Positions 46,425 to 54,616 of a stretch of 64,000 nucleotides of DNA are shown one piece after another. The stretch comes from an uncultured Pelagibacteraceae bacterium (GTDB taxonomy: Bacteria; Pseudomonadota; Alphaproteobacteria; Pelagibacterales; Pelagibacteraceae). The position numbers and the translations under genes are program-made. Under the pieces are notes generated by a model. The model had not been told where the DNA came from and searched no databases. It saw nothing but the letters and a program-made list of their open reading frames with translations. The DNA is taken from positions 590-64,589 of the forward strand of contig CABYUV010000006.1 of NCBI GenBank assembly GCA_902522115.1, written 5' to 3'. Within the stretch, counting starts at the first letter, position 1. Every line of letters begins with the position of its first letter.

Positions 46425-47270
46425 TCATATAGTTTTTGCTGTAACACACCAATAATTTTTATATTTTCTTTTAAATTTAGCTTTTGCCAACTTACAACTC
46501 TTTAATGAATTATAATAGGCAACAATTGTTGATCCTGAACCAGTCATTCTTACAAATAATGGATTATTTATACTTTCTAAGAACAACTTTATTTTTTTAA
46601 GTTTTGGATATTTTTTGAGTGCTATTGTTTCAAGGGCATTTTGTTGATCAATCAAATATTTTACTCCAAACATGTTTTTTTTAGGTTTGTTATATTTTGA
46701 TTTTGTATACTTTCGAACAGCTGAGTATATTTTTTTAGTTGAGCACCCAAAATCAGGCTTTACTAAAGTAGAGTAATATTTTGGAGTATTATCAATCTTT
46801 TTTATTCTACCACCAGATGACAACACACAGCTGGATGAGATGGTTCCCAGAATAACATCGGAACCAACCAAGTCACAAATACTTCGAGTTTTTTGATAAT
46901 TAAGATTAATAATTTTTTTTTTAACCAGATAATTAAACACACTAGCTGCATTCATTGATCCACCACCCAACCCAGCTTCTTGAGGGATTAATTTTTTAAT
47001 TTTAACTTTGAATTTTTTATTTTTTAATAAATTTTCTTTATCTAGTATTTGAAATAATTTTTGAACAGTATTTTTTTTTCCAATGTTTTTAGAAAACTTT
47101 CCATAAAAAGAAATATGGTGTTTTTTTCCATTATGCTGATTTATCGAAATAACATCATGTAAATCAATAAAACCAATTATACTTTCAATTTTATGAAAAA
47201 CCTTTTTTTTTCCAGTGATATTTAGTGCTAAATTTAACTTTGCATTAGATTTAATTTTATTATTTTTCAT
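46425..47270 (-). CDS. ispE: 4-diphosphocytidyl-2C-methyl-D-erythritol kinase
   Basis: AKLNL, IP..AGLGGGS, GSDV, RMTGSGS. Confidence 0.93.
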   Translation of the reverse strand: MKNNKIKSNAKLNLALNITGKKKVFHKIESIIGFIDLHDVISINQHNGKKHHISFYGKFSKNIGKKNTVQKLFQILDKENLLKNKKFKVKIKKLIPQEAGLGGGSMNAASVFNYLVKKKIINLNYQKTRSICDLVGSDVILGTISSSCVLSSGGRIKKIDNTPKYYSTLVKPDFGCSTKKIYSAVRKYTKSKYNKPKKNMFGVKYLIDQQNALETIALKKYPKLKKIKLFLESINNPLFVRMTGSGSTIVAYYNSLKSCKLAKAKFKRKYKNYWCVTAKTI

Positions 47271-48956
47271 TTAAGAATTTTTAAGACCCTCAATTACTTT
47301 AATATTAATTTTTTCTCGCATATCATCTTCGGTATCATCAAAAGTTAATACGTTGTTCCAAAAATATCTCGCTTGAATTTTTCTATTTAATTTCCATAAA
47401 ATGTCTCCATAATGATCATTCACGATTGGGTCATCTGGCATTAACTCTACAGCTCTTTTTAAATACTTTTCTGCTTCTAGATAATCCTCTATTAAAAAAT
47501 ACGCCCATCCAATTGAATCAATAATATATGGATCATTACTTTTTAAATCATATGCTGTTTTCAACATATCCATTGCTTCATTAATTTTATAATCACGCTC
47601 TAACCAGGAGTAAGCAAGGTAATTCAAAATATATGCATCACTAGGATCAATTTTAAGCGCATACAATAAATCTTCATCTGATTTTTCATAATTGCCCATT
47701 CTTTCATAGCTACCGCCTCTACGATACAATACATCTGATTTAATAAGTGAATTGTCATCCAGTGTTAAAATAATTTCTGTATAACGATCTATTGCCTTTT
47801 CATAATTTTTAGAATTTTTATATAAGTTGGCTAAATCAAAAATCATTTTTATATTTGGATTTTCAATTTTATTAAATTTTGTATCTATGTATTTAATTCC
47901 ATTTTCATAATCCTGCTCTTGAATTATTATTTGAGCTTCTTTTTTTAATCTAAACCAATAATAAAATTCATCTTCTTTTTTAAAGTTTTTTAAGATCCTT
48001 TGTACTTTATCAAATTCATCATTAAGATAAAAATTTTCTGCAACCAATGACAGATTAAATTCAAACTTAGGATTTAAATAATTTGACAAATTTAAGTAAA
48101 AATTTGATTTCTCAAAATTATCCTGAGAAGAATAAAGATTAGAGATTAAAAATAAAAACTCACTTACAAGATCATTATGATCTTTGCATGAAAAAATTTT
48201 TCCAAAATCATCAAATTTTTCTTTGTCTACCCAACTTTTACTTTGTGAAAGTAAAAGTGTTGAATTTATATAATCAATTTGTTCAACAACTAATCTTGCT
48301 TCATTTAATTTATTGTTATCAATTAAATAATTAAGATAAAAGAAAATATATCTTGAATAGTCGCCTTGTTGATTATTTATTAAATTAAGAAAAAAAGATG
48401 AAGTTCTTTTATCTTCAATATAACATCTTTGGAATGTCTCGGCTACAAGAGACAGGTTTCCAAAATTTTTTTTGTTATCTAATATTTTTTTATTTTTAAA
48501 TGTATAAATGTACTGTTTTAGAGTTTCAAATATAACTAGGTTTATCCTATCTTCATCTTGAAATTTTAAACTTTGTGTTAAAAATTCATCAGCTTTTTTA
48601 AAATTATTTTTCTTCAAACTGTCAATTATTAAAATTATATAAGCATCATAAAAATCTGAATTAGATTTGTTTACGTTGTTATTTAATACATTAATTGCTT
48701 GAGGTACTTTGTTATCTAAAACTAATGAGTTAACATATCTTTTTAAATAACTGTCATGTTTGTTAATTAATACTTTAGTTAAGTTAAAAAATTTTAAAGC
48801 TTCAGAATTATCTCGATTTTCAAATGCAACAATTCCAGAAAAATAATTTGATAAATCTCTTGAGTTGAAATCATTAAAAGTAGCACTTTTAGAATGCAAA
48901 GGTGTCTGATAAGATATAAATATTAATAGTACTAATTTTAGAAATTTTAGGAACAT
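47271..48956 (-). CDS. Tetratricopeptide repeat protein
   Basis: Signal-like N-terminus; LNYLAYSW, IIDSIGW, NDHYGD TPR repeats; upstream of ispE. Confidence 0.88.
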   Translation of the reverse strand: MFLKFLKLVLLIFISYQTPLHSKSATFNDFNSRDLSNYFSGIVAFENRDNSEALKFFNLTKVLINKHDSYLKRYVNSLVLDNKVPQAINVLNNNVNKSNSDFYDAYIILIIDSLKKNNFKKADEFLTQSLKFQDEDRINLVIFETLKQYIYTFKNKKILDNKKNFGNLSLVAETFQRCYIEDKRTSSFFLNLINNQQGDYSRYIFFYLNYLIDNNKLNEARLVVEQIDYINSTLLLSQSKSWVDKEKFDDFGKIFSCKDHNDLVSEFLFLISNLYSSQDNFEKSNFYLNLSNYLNPKFEFNLSLVAENFYLNDEFDKVQRILKNFKKEDEFYYWFRLKKEAQIIIQEQDYENGIKYIDTKFNKIENPNIKMIFDLANLYKNSKNYEKAIDRYTEIILTLDDNSLIKSDVLYRRGGSYERMGNYEKSDEDLLYALKIDPSDAYILNYLAYSWLERDYKINEAMDMLKTAYDLKSNDPYIIDSIGWAYFLIEDYLEAEKYLKRAVELMPDDPIVNDHYGDILWKLNRKIQARYFWNNVLTFDDTEDDMREKINIKVIEGLKNS

Positions 48957-48967
48957 GTGACCATACT

Positions 48968-49687
48968 ATGACTAAAAAAGTGATAAATCAAAATACCAAA
49001 TTAAACCAAGAACTAATTAATACTATTGAGCCAAAATTTATATTCGCTGATAAGCCAATAAATAGATTTAATATTTTAGAAACGAAAAATGGCACTCTGC
49101 AAACTAATAAAGAAGAATTACTAAAAAATTTAAAAGATCAAATAAATTCAATTGAAAATTGTAAATTGAAAGAAAATTCAAACAAAATTATTTTAGGTGA
49201 GGGAAATATAAATAGCCCTTTAATGTTAATTGGAGAGACTCCTGGGGCTGAAGAAGAAAAGTTGGGTGTCCCATTTAGAGGTGAAGTTGGCGAACTTCTT
49301 AACAAAATGCTCATAGCCATCAATATTAAGAGGCAAAATATTTACACTAGTTACGCAATCAATTTTAGACTACCTGATGATAGAAAACCAACCTCAACCG
49401 AGATTAAAAGGTACTCGGTATTTTTAAAAGAGCATATATCAATTATAAACCCAAAGATTATCGTTTTAATGGGTAGTTCAGCAATGGAGGCTATAACAGG
49501 AATAAGCGAAAAAATCACTGCTGAAAGAGGACATTGGAAGGAAGTGATATTAAAAAACAAAACATTCCCTTTAATGATAACTTTTAATCCATCTTATCTC
49601 ATCCGTTTTCCAGAAAATAAAAAATACTCATGGGAAGATTTAAAGAAAATTAGAGATAAGATTAAAGACCTGAAGTTAAAAATTTGA
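48968..49687 (+). CDS. Uracil-DNA glycosylase family 4-like protein (divergent motifs)
   Basis: IGETPG..E...G.PF.G..G.LL.KML, PKIIVLMG, TFNPSYL.R. Confidence 0.85.
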   Translation: MTKKVINQNTKLNQELINTIEPKFIFADKPINRFNILETKNGTLQTNKEELLKNLKDQINSIENCKLKENSNKIILGEGNINSPLMLIGETPGAEEEKLGVPFRGEVGELLNKMLIAINIKRQNIYTSYAINFRLPDDRKPTSTEIKRYSVFLKEHISIINPKIIVLMGSSAMEAITGISEKITAERGHWKEVILKNKTFPLMITFNPSYLIRFPENKKYSWEDLKKIRDKIKDLKLKI

Positions 49688-50247
49688 TGAAGATAATTGC
49701 AGGGGTTGATGAAGTTGGTAGAGGAAGTTTAATTGGACCTGTGTATGCTTCAGCAGTAATTTTAAAAAAATCAATTAATCAAAAGTTATTAAAAGATTCA
49801 AAATCATTAAGTAAAAAAGATAGAGAGTATCTGTGTACATATATAAAAAAAAATTCTACTTGGTCCATAGGCAAAGCTTCTGTCAAAGAAATAGAAAAGC
49901 TGAATATACTTCAAGCAAGTTTACTGGCTATGAAAAGAGCCATCAAAAAACTTAAGAGAAAACCAACACACGTTCTGATAGATGGAAACAAAACTCCAGA
50001 GTTAAAAAATTATAATTTAAAATCAGTTATTAAAGGAGATAAAAAAATCCCCTCTATTTCGGCAGCTTCTATAATTGCAAAAGTATCAAGAGATAAGTTT
50101 ATAACCACTTTATCAAAAAAAAATAAAGGCTATGATTGGGATAAAAACTTTGGGTACGGAACAAAACAGCACTTAAAAGCTTTGAAAAAATTAGGTATTA
50201 CTAAACATCATAGAAAAACTTTTTCACCTATATCTAAAATAAATTAA
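49687..50247 (+). CDS. rnhB: Ribonuclease HII
   Basis: GVDEVGRG, DSK, IDG, KGD...SISAASIIAK. Confidence 0.96.
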   Translation: MKIIAGVDEVGRGSLIGPVYASAVILKKSINQKLLKDSKSLSKKDREYLCTYIKKNSTWSIGKASVKEIEKLNILQASLLAMKRAIKKLKRKPTHVLIDGNKTPELKNYNLKSVIKGDKKIPSISAASIIAKVSRDKFITTLSKKNKGYDWDKNFGYGTKQHLKALKKLGITKHHRKTFSPISKIN

Positions 50248-50262
50248 CACTACATCTAGTTA
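50247..50262 (+). promoter_or_regulatory. NrdR-box-like motif upstream of ccrM
   Basis: ACACTACATCTAGTTA versus consensus acaCwAtATaTwGtgt; a second ACACTA half-site starts 31 bp downstream. Confidence 0.5.
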
Positions 50263-50310
50263 CCTTCTAATTTAGAAACACTAATCGAATCCAAATTTTT
50301 CAATCTCAGG

Positions 50311-50339
50311 TTGACCGAAGAATCCATTTGGAGTCTAAT
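50311..50339 (+). promoter_or_regulatory. Putative ccrM promoter containing GANTC sites
   Basis: TTGACC-17 bp-TCTAAT with GAATC (50320) and GAGTC (50331) inside; another GAATC at 50287. Confidence 0.55.
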
Positions 50340-50351
50340 TAATTTTTACAA

Positions 50352-51422
50352 ATGAAAACTGATTTCAAAAATAAAATAATTAATGGAGATAGTCTCGAAG
50401 AATTAAATAAAATTCCACGTGAAACTTTTGATTTAATTTTTGCTGATCCTCCTTACAACTTGCAATTAAAAAGTGAATTAACTAGACCAGATAGATCAAA
50501 AGTTAGTGCGGTAAATGATAAGTGGGATCAATTTGAAAATTTTAAAAAATATGATGATTTCACTTATGAATGGCTTAGTGAATGTAAAAGAATTTTAAAA
50601 AAAGATGGAGCAATTTGGGTTATAGGAAGCTACCATAATATTTTTAGAGTTGGCACGGCAATCCAAAATTTAGGTTTCTGGATTTTAAATGATGTTATTT
50701 GGAATAAAAATAATCCAATGCCAAACTTTAGAGGAACACGTTTTACTAACGCTCATGAAACTTTAATATGGGCTTCTAAAAGTGAAAAATCAAAATACAC
50801 ATTCAATTATCAATCTTTAAAATGCTTAAATGATGATTTGCAAATGAGATCTAATTGGAATCTTCCAATATGCAATGGTTCTGAAAGACTTAAAAAGGAT
50901 GGAAAAAAAATTCACTCCACACAAAAACCAGAAGCACTATTACATAGAATTTTACTAGCTACATCTAATAAAAATGACCTCATACTTGATCCTTTTTTAG
51001 GATCAGGAACAACAGCTACAGTAGCAAAAAAACTAGGAAGAAATTATTTTGGAATAGAAATGGAAAAAAATTATTTTAAAGCTGCTGAGCAACGAATAAA
51101 AGCTACAAAGCCTATTGAGGACGACTTATTAGATACGCTAAAAAATAATAGATCAAAACCAAGAATTCCTTTTGGTTCATTAGTTGAGCTTGGAATAATT
51201 AAACCTGGAACTAATATTTTTGATAATAAGAAAAAAATAACAGCCAGAATTATGGCCGATGGTAGTATAAAACATAATCAAGCAGAGGGTTCTATACACA
51301 AAGTTGCGGCTACTATTTTAGGGGCTGAAAGTTGCAATGGATGGACTTTTTGGCATTGTGATATAAATGGACGAACTTATCCTATTGATTATCTAAGACA
51401 AAGATTAATTTCTAAAAATTAA
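50352..51422 (+). CDS. ccrM: Cell-cycle-regulated adenine methyltransferase CcrM
   Basis: FADPPYNLQL, NPMPNFRGTRF, HSTQKPE, DPFLGSGTT, C-terminal CNGWTFW; follows rnhB. Confidence 0.93.
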   Translation: MKTDFKNKIINGDSLEELNKIPRETFDLIFADPPYNLQLKSELTRPDRSKVSAVNDKWDQFENFKKYDDFTYEWLSECKRILKKDGAIWVIGSYHNIFRVGTAIQNLGFWILNDVIWNKNNPMPNFRGTRFTNAHETLIWASKSEKSKYTFNYQSLKCLNDDLQMRSNWNLPICNGSERLKKDGKKIHSTQKPEALLHRILLATSNKNDLILDPFLGSGTTATVAKKLGRNYFGIEMEKNYFKAAEQRIKATKPIEDDLLDTLKNNRSKPRIPFGSLVELGIIKPGTNIFDNKKKITARIMADGSIKHNQAEGSIHKVAATILGAESCNGWTFWHCDINGRTYPIDYLRQRLISKN

Positions 51423-52561
51423 CTTTTATAAATTTTACCCAAATAACTTTCTAAAAATTTTTTATTTTTAGTTAAAATTTTTAAAAAAATATTTCTAAAT
51501 ATGATCATAATTGGATTTGATATATGGAATGCAAATTGATTGAAATTAGATCTACTGTTAATCATTTTTACTCTCTTTAATCTGATATCATAAAAATTAT
51601 TATTATTAATTAAGCATTCATATAATTCATTAGCACCCTCAATTGATTGGGAAGCTCCCTGCGCAAATGAAGGTGAAAAAGCAAAAAATGCATCTCCTAC
51701 AAGAAATATATTTTTTGGAGGATTATATAAATTTTTACTTACAAATATTGGAAATAATTTAATATTTTGAAGACTTTCCAAAAAACTTTGAGAAACTTTT
51801 TTAGATAATTTAAATTTAATTTTTTTTATAAAAGAACTCTCAGTAAAAAGATTGTAATTCTCTTGCTCATTTGAATTTAATTTATGTTTTAATATGCCAA
51901 TAAAATTTAAATTTTTATCATTATTAATTGGATAAACAACATAATGAAAATTTGGTCCTAAAAACAAAGAAATATTTTCTTCATTTATATTTTGTAGATT
52001 TTCTCTCGATATACTGCCCCTAATAGCAATCGTATCATTGTAAATTGGTTTTGATTTATTGTTTGAAATTAATAACTTCCCCTTAGAAAACACACCGTCT
52101 GAAATAATTAAGTAATCGCAACTAATTTTATTTTTATCAAATATTAATTTTATTGAATCTTTATCATAATCAATCTGTTCAATACTGTGATTATATTTAA
52201 TTATATCCTCGTTTATTTGTTCTTTTAAAAATTGAAGTAGTTTTGATCTTTTCAATGTTGTGTATTTATAATCTTCAGAATTAAATTTTGAAATATCTAA
52301 GTCACAAATTTTTTTTGAATTTTTAATTTCATAAAAATCGATTTTTTTTGGATTAAATTTTTCTTCTTCAATGAGAGAGGCGAAACCTATTTTATTTAAA
52401 AGTTTTACGCTATTTACTGACAACTGAATTCCATAACCTTCTTCCATTTCTATTGAATTCCTTTTTTCATATATCGTAACCTGATAATCCTTATGATCTT
52501 TAAATAAATTGGCAATATACAAACCAGAAATTCCAGCACCAATTATTGCTATTTTTTTCAT
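51419..52561 (-). CDS. FAD-dependent monooxygenase
   Basis: GAGISG, G.GIQLS.N, SDGVFS, GDA...P..AQGA. Confidence 0.88.
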   Translation of the reverse strand: MKKIAIIGAGISGLYIANLFKDHKDYQVTIYEKRNSIEMEEGYGIQLSVNSVKLLNKIGFASLIEEEKFNPKKIDFYEIKNSKKICDLDISKFNSEDYKYTTLKRSKLLQFLKEQINEDIIKYNHSIEQIDYDKDSIKLIFDKNKISCDYLIISDGVFSKGKLLISNNKSKPIYNDTIAIRGSISRENLQNINEENISLFLGPNFHYVVYPINNDKNLNFIGILKHKLNSNEQENYNLFTESSFIKKIKFKLSKKVSQSFLESLQNIKLFPIFVSKNLYNPPKNIFLVGDAFFAFSPSFAQGASQSIEGANELYECLINNNNFYDIRLKRVKMINSRSNFNQFAFHISNPIMIIFRNIFLKILTKNKKFLESYLGKIYKS

Positions 52562-53544
52562 TTATGACTTTCTAAAAATTTTACTATCTTTTTTGTAAAT
52601 GTTGGCAGTGTATAATTTTGAAGCTTTGTTGGATCAATCCAAAAATTATTTTTATTTAAATTATATTTATTTTTAAATTCAATTTTAATATTCATGCTCA
52701 TGTTAGACATTTTAAAATTCAAATCTTTATCAAAGTTTTTAGGATTATTTACTTCCTCCATCGGGAAGATATTAAAATTTTTCAAAAAATTAAATTTATT
52801 ATTTTTGATTAATAAATAATGATTATTTTTTTTATAAACATTTAGCTTGTAAAAAGTTACCTTATCTTTTTTTTTAAATTTTACTAAATCAAAATTTTTA
52901 TTTTTAAATGATTTGCATTTTTTTACTAATGGACAGTTCTTACAATTAGGACTAACAGGTTTACAAATTAGTGCTCCTAATTCCATTAAAGCTTGAGCAT
53001 AATCACTAGACCTTTTGATAGATTTTCCAAAAATTTTTTTCTTCTCATGTAAATTTTTTTTTTTAATTTGATCTTGTTTTTTTAAAAATAAGTATCTCTT
53101 TAATACTCTTTCAATATTACCATCTAGAGGAATTATTGGTTCATTGAATGCAATTGCAGAAATTGCACTTGCTGTATAATCTCCAATTCCTGGAAGAGAC
53201 TTTAAATCTATAAAATTTCTAGGTATTTTTTTATTAAAATTTTTAACAACTATTTGAGCTGTTTTTTTTAAATTTCTTACTCTTGAATAGTATCCAAGAC
53301 CCTCCCAAAGTTTAATTAATTTTCTATCATCATATTTAGATAATTTTTCAATTGTAGGAATATTTTTTATAAATCTGTTAAAGTAAGGTATTACTGTTGC
53401 AACCTGGGTTTGCTGCAACATAAATTCACTTACCAAAGTGTAGTATTGCTTTTTTGTTTGAGAAACATTCTTTCTCCAAGGTAAAGATCTTTTATTTAAA
53501 TCATACCAATTAAGAATATTATTTGTTATTATTGGATCTTTCAT
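52558..53544 (-). CDS. mutY: A/G-specific adenine glycosylase
   Basis: RSLPWR, SEFMLQQTQV, WEGLGYYSR, LPGIG.YTA, Cx6Cx2Cx5C; start set to MKDPII. Confidence 0.95.
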   Translation of the reverse strand: MKDPIITNNILNWYDLNKRSLPWRKNVSQTKKQYYTLVSEFMLQQTQVATVIPYFNRFIKNIPTIEKLSKYDDRKLIKLWEGLGYYSRVRNLKKTAQIVVKNFNKKIPRNFIDLKSLPGIGDYTASAISAIAFNEPIIPLDGNIERVLKRYLFLKKQDQIKKKNLHEKKKIFGKSIKRSSDYAQALMELGALICKPVSPNCKNCPLVKKCKSFKNKNFDLVKFKKKDKVTFYKLNVYKKNNHYLLIKNNKFNFLKNFNIFPMEEVNNPKNFDKDLNFKMSNMSMNIKIEFKNKYNLNKNNFWIDPTKLQNYTLPTFTKKIVKFLESHK

Positions 53545-54033
53545 ATGCAATCTAAAAATAATACTAAGCAGAGAAACGCTAGCATTCAAGGATTAAGATC
53601 TTTCAAAGACACTTTGCCAAAAAATGTCAAAAAAATAATTAATAAAAAAGGTCATGTATATTCAGAAACACTGAGTAATTGGAAATATTTAGTTGGAAGT
53701 GAATTGTTTAAAATTTGCTATCCAAAAACATTTAAAAACTCAAATAAATTTGGAGTTAGTACCTTAGTAGTTATGGTTAAGCGAGGACATGAAGTTGACG
53801 TAGAATATTCGAAGAAAGATATTTTAAATAAAATGAATAACTTTTTTGGCTATTCCGTTGTTGAAAAGCTTAAATTTATAAGTTTTGATGATGAACATGA
53901 AATGACGGGCTCGAGTGAAACAAAAGTTAAAAATGTGGCAATTAGTAAATATCAAGATAAGATTAAAGGTGTTAAAAACGAAAAGATTAAAAAATCATTA
54001 ACAGAATTAACCAGGGTTTTTAGAGAGAAATGA
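53545..54033 (+). CDS. DUF721/DciA-family protein
   Basis: W..LVG, then strand-helix pattern with ILNKMNNFFG...V; mutY-DUF721-dsbA-smc synteny. Confidence 0.8.
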   Translation: MQSKNNTKQRNASIQGLRSFKDTLPKNVKKIINKKGHVYSETLSNWKYLVGSELFKICYPKTFKNSNKFGVSTLVVMVKRGHEVDVEYSKKDILNKMNNFFGYSVVEKLKFISFDDEHEMTGSSETKVKNVAISKYQDKIKGVKNEKIKKSLTELTRVFREK

Positions 54034-54608
54034 AAAAAATTATATTTTTAATATTAATATTTTTTACTACAGTCTTAAATGTACAAGCTGAGGAAATTAA
54101 AAGAATAACTGTTGGGAACAAAGATGCAAAAATAACTATTATAGCTTTTGAATCATTAACTTGTAGTCATTGTGCAAATTTTCATAAAAATGTTTATCCT
54201 CAATTAAAGGAGGAGTATCTTGATACTGGACTCGCTAAAATAGAATTTAGACATTTTCCATTAGACATAGCCGCCTTTAATGCATCTAAAGTTTCTCAGT
54301 GTAAGAATGATGGAAATTCAGACATCCTTGAAAGTTTATATGCTAATCAACAAAAATGGGTAAAGGGAAGTTCAATCCAGGAGGCAAATAAAAATCTACA
54401 AAAATTTTTAAAAAGTGAGGGATTTAGTATTGATTTTGATACTTGTATAAACAATAAGGAAATTGAAGATTTTGTATTAAACGATCGAATCGATGGAGCA
54501 AAGAACTTCAAAGTAAACGCAACTCCTACGATAATTATTAACGACGAAAAATTCGAAAAAACTCTAAATTATAAAAATTTAAAAAAAGCTCTAGAAAAAC
54601 TGATATAA
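54030..54608 (+). CDS. DsbA-family thiol-disulfide oxidoreductase
   Basis: Signal peptide, SLTCSHCA.FH, FPLD, ATPT. Confidence 0.9.
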   Translation: MKKIIFLILIFFTTVLNVQAEEIKRITVGNKDAKITIIAFESLTCSHCANFHKNVYPQLKEEYLDTGLAKIEFRHFPLDIAAFNASKVSQCKNDGNSDILESLYANQQKWVKGSSIQEANKNLQKFLKSEGFSIDFDTCINNKEIEDFVLNDRIDGAKNFKVNATPTIIINDEKFEKTLNYKNLKKALEKLI

Positions 54609-54616
54609 GTTAGTGC

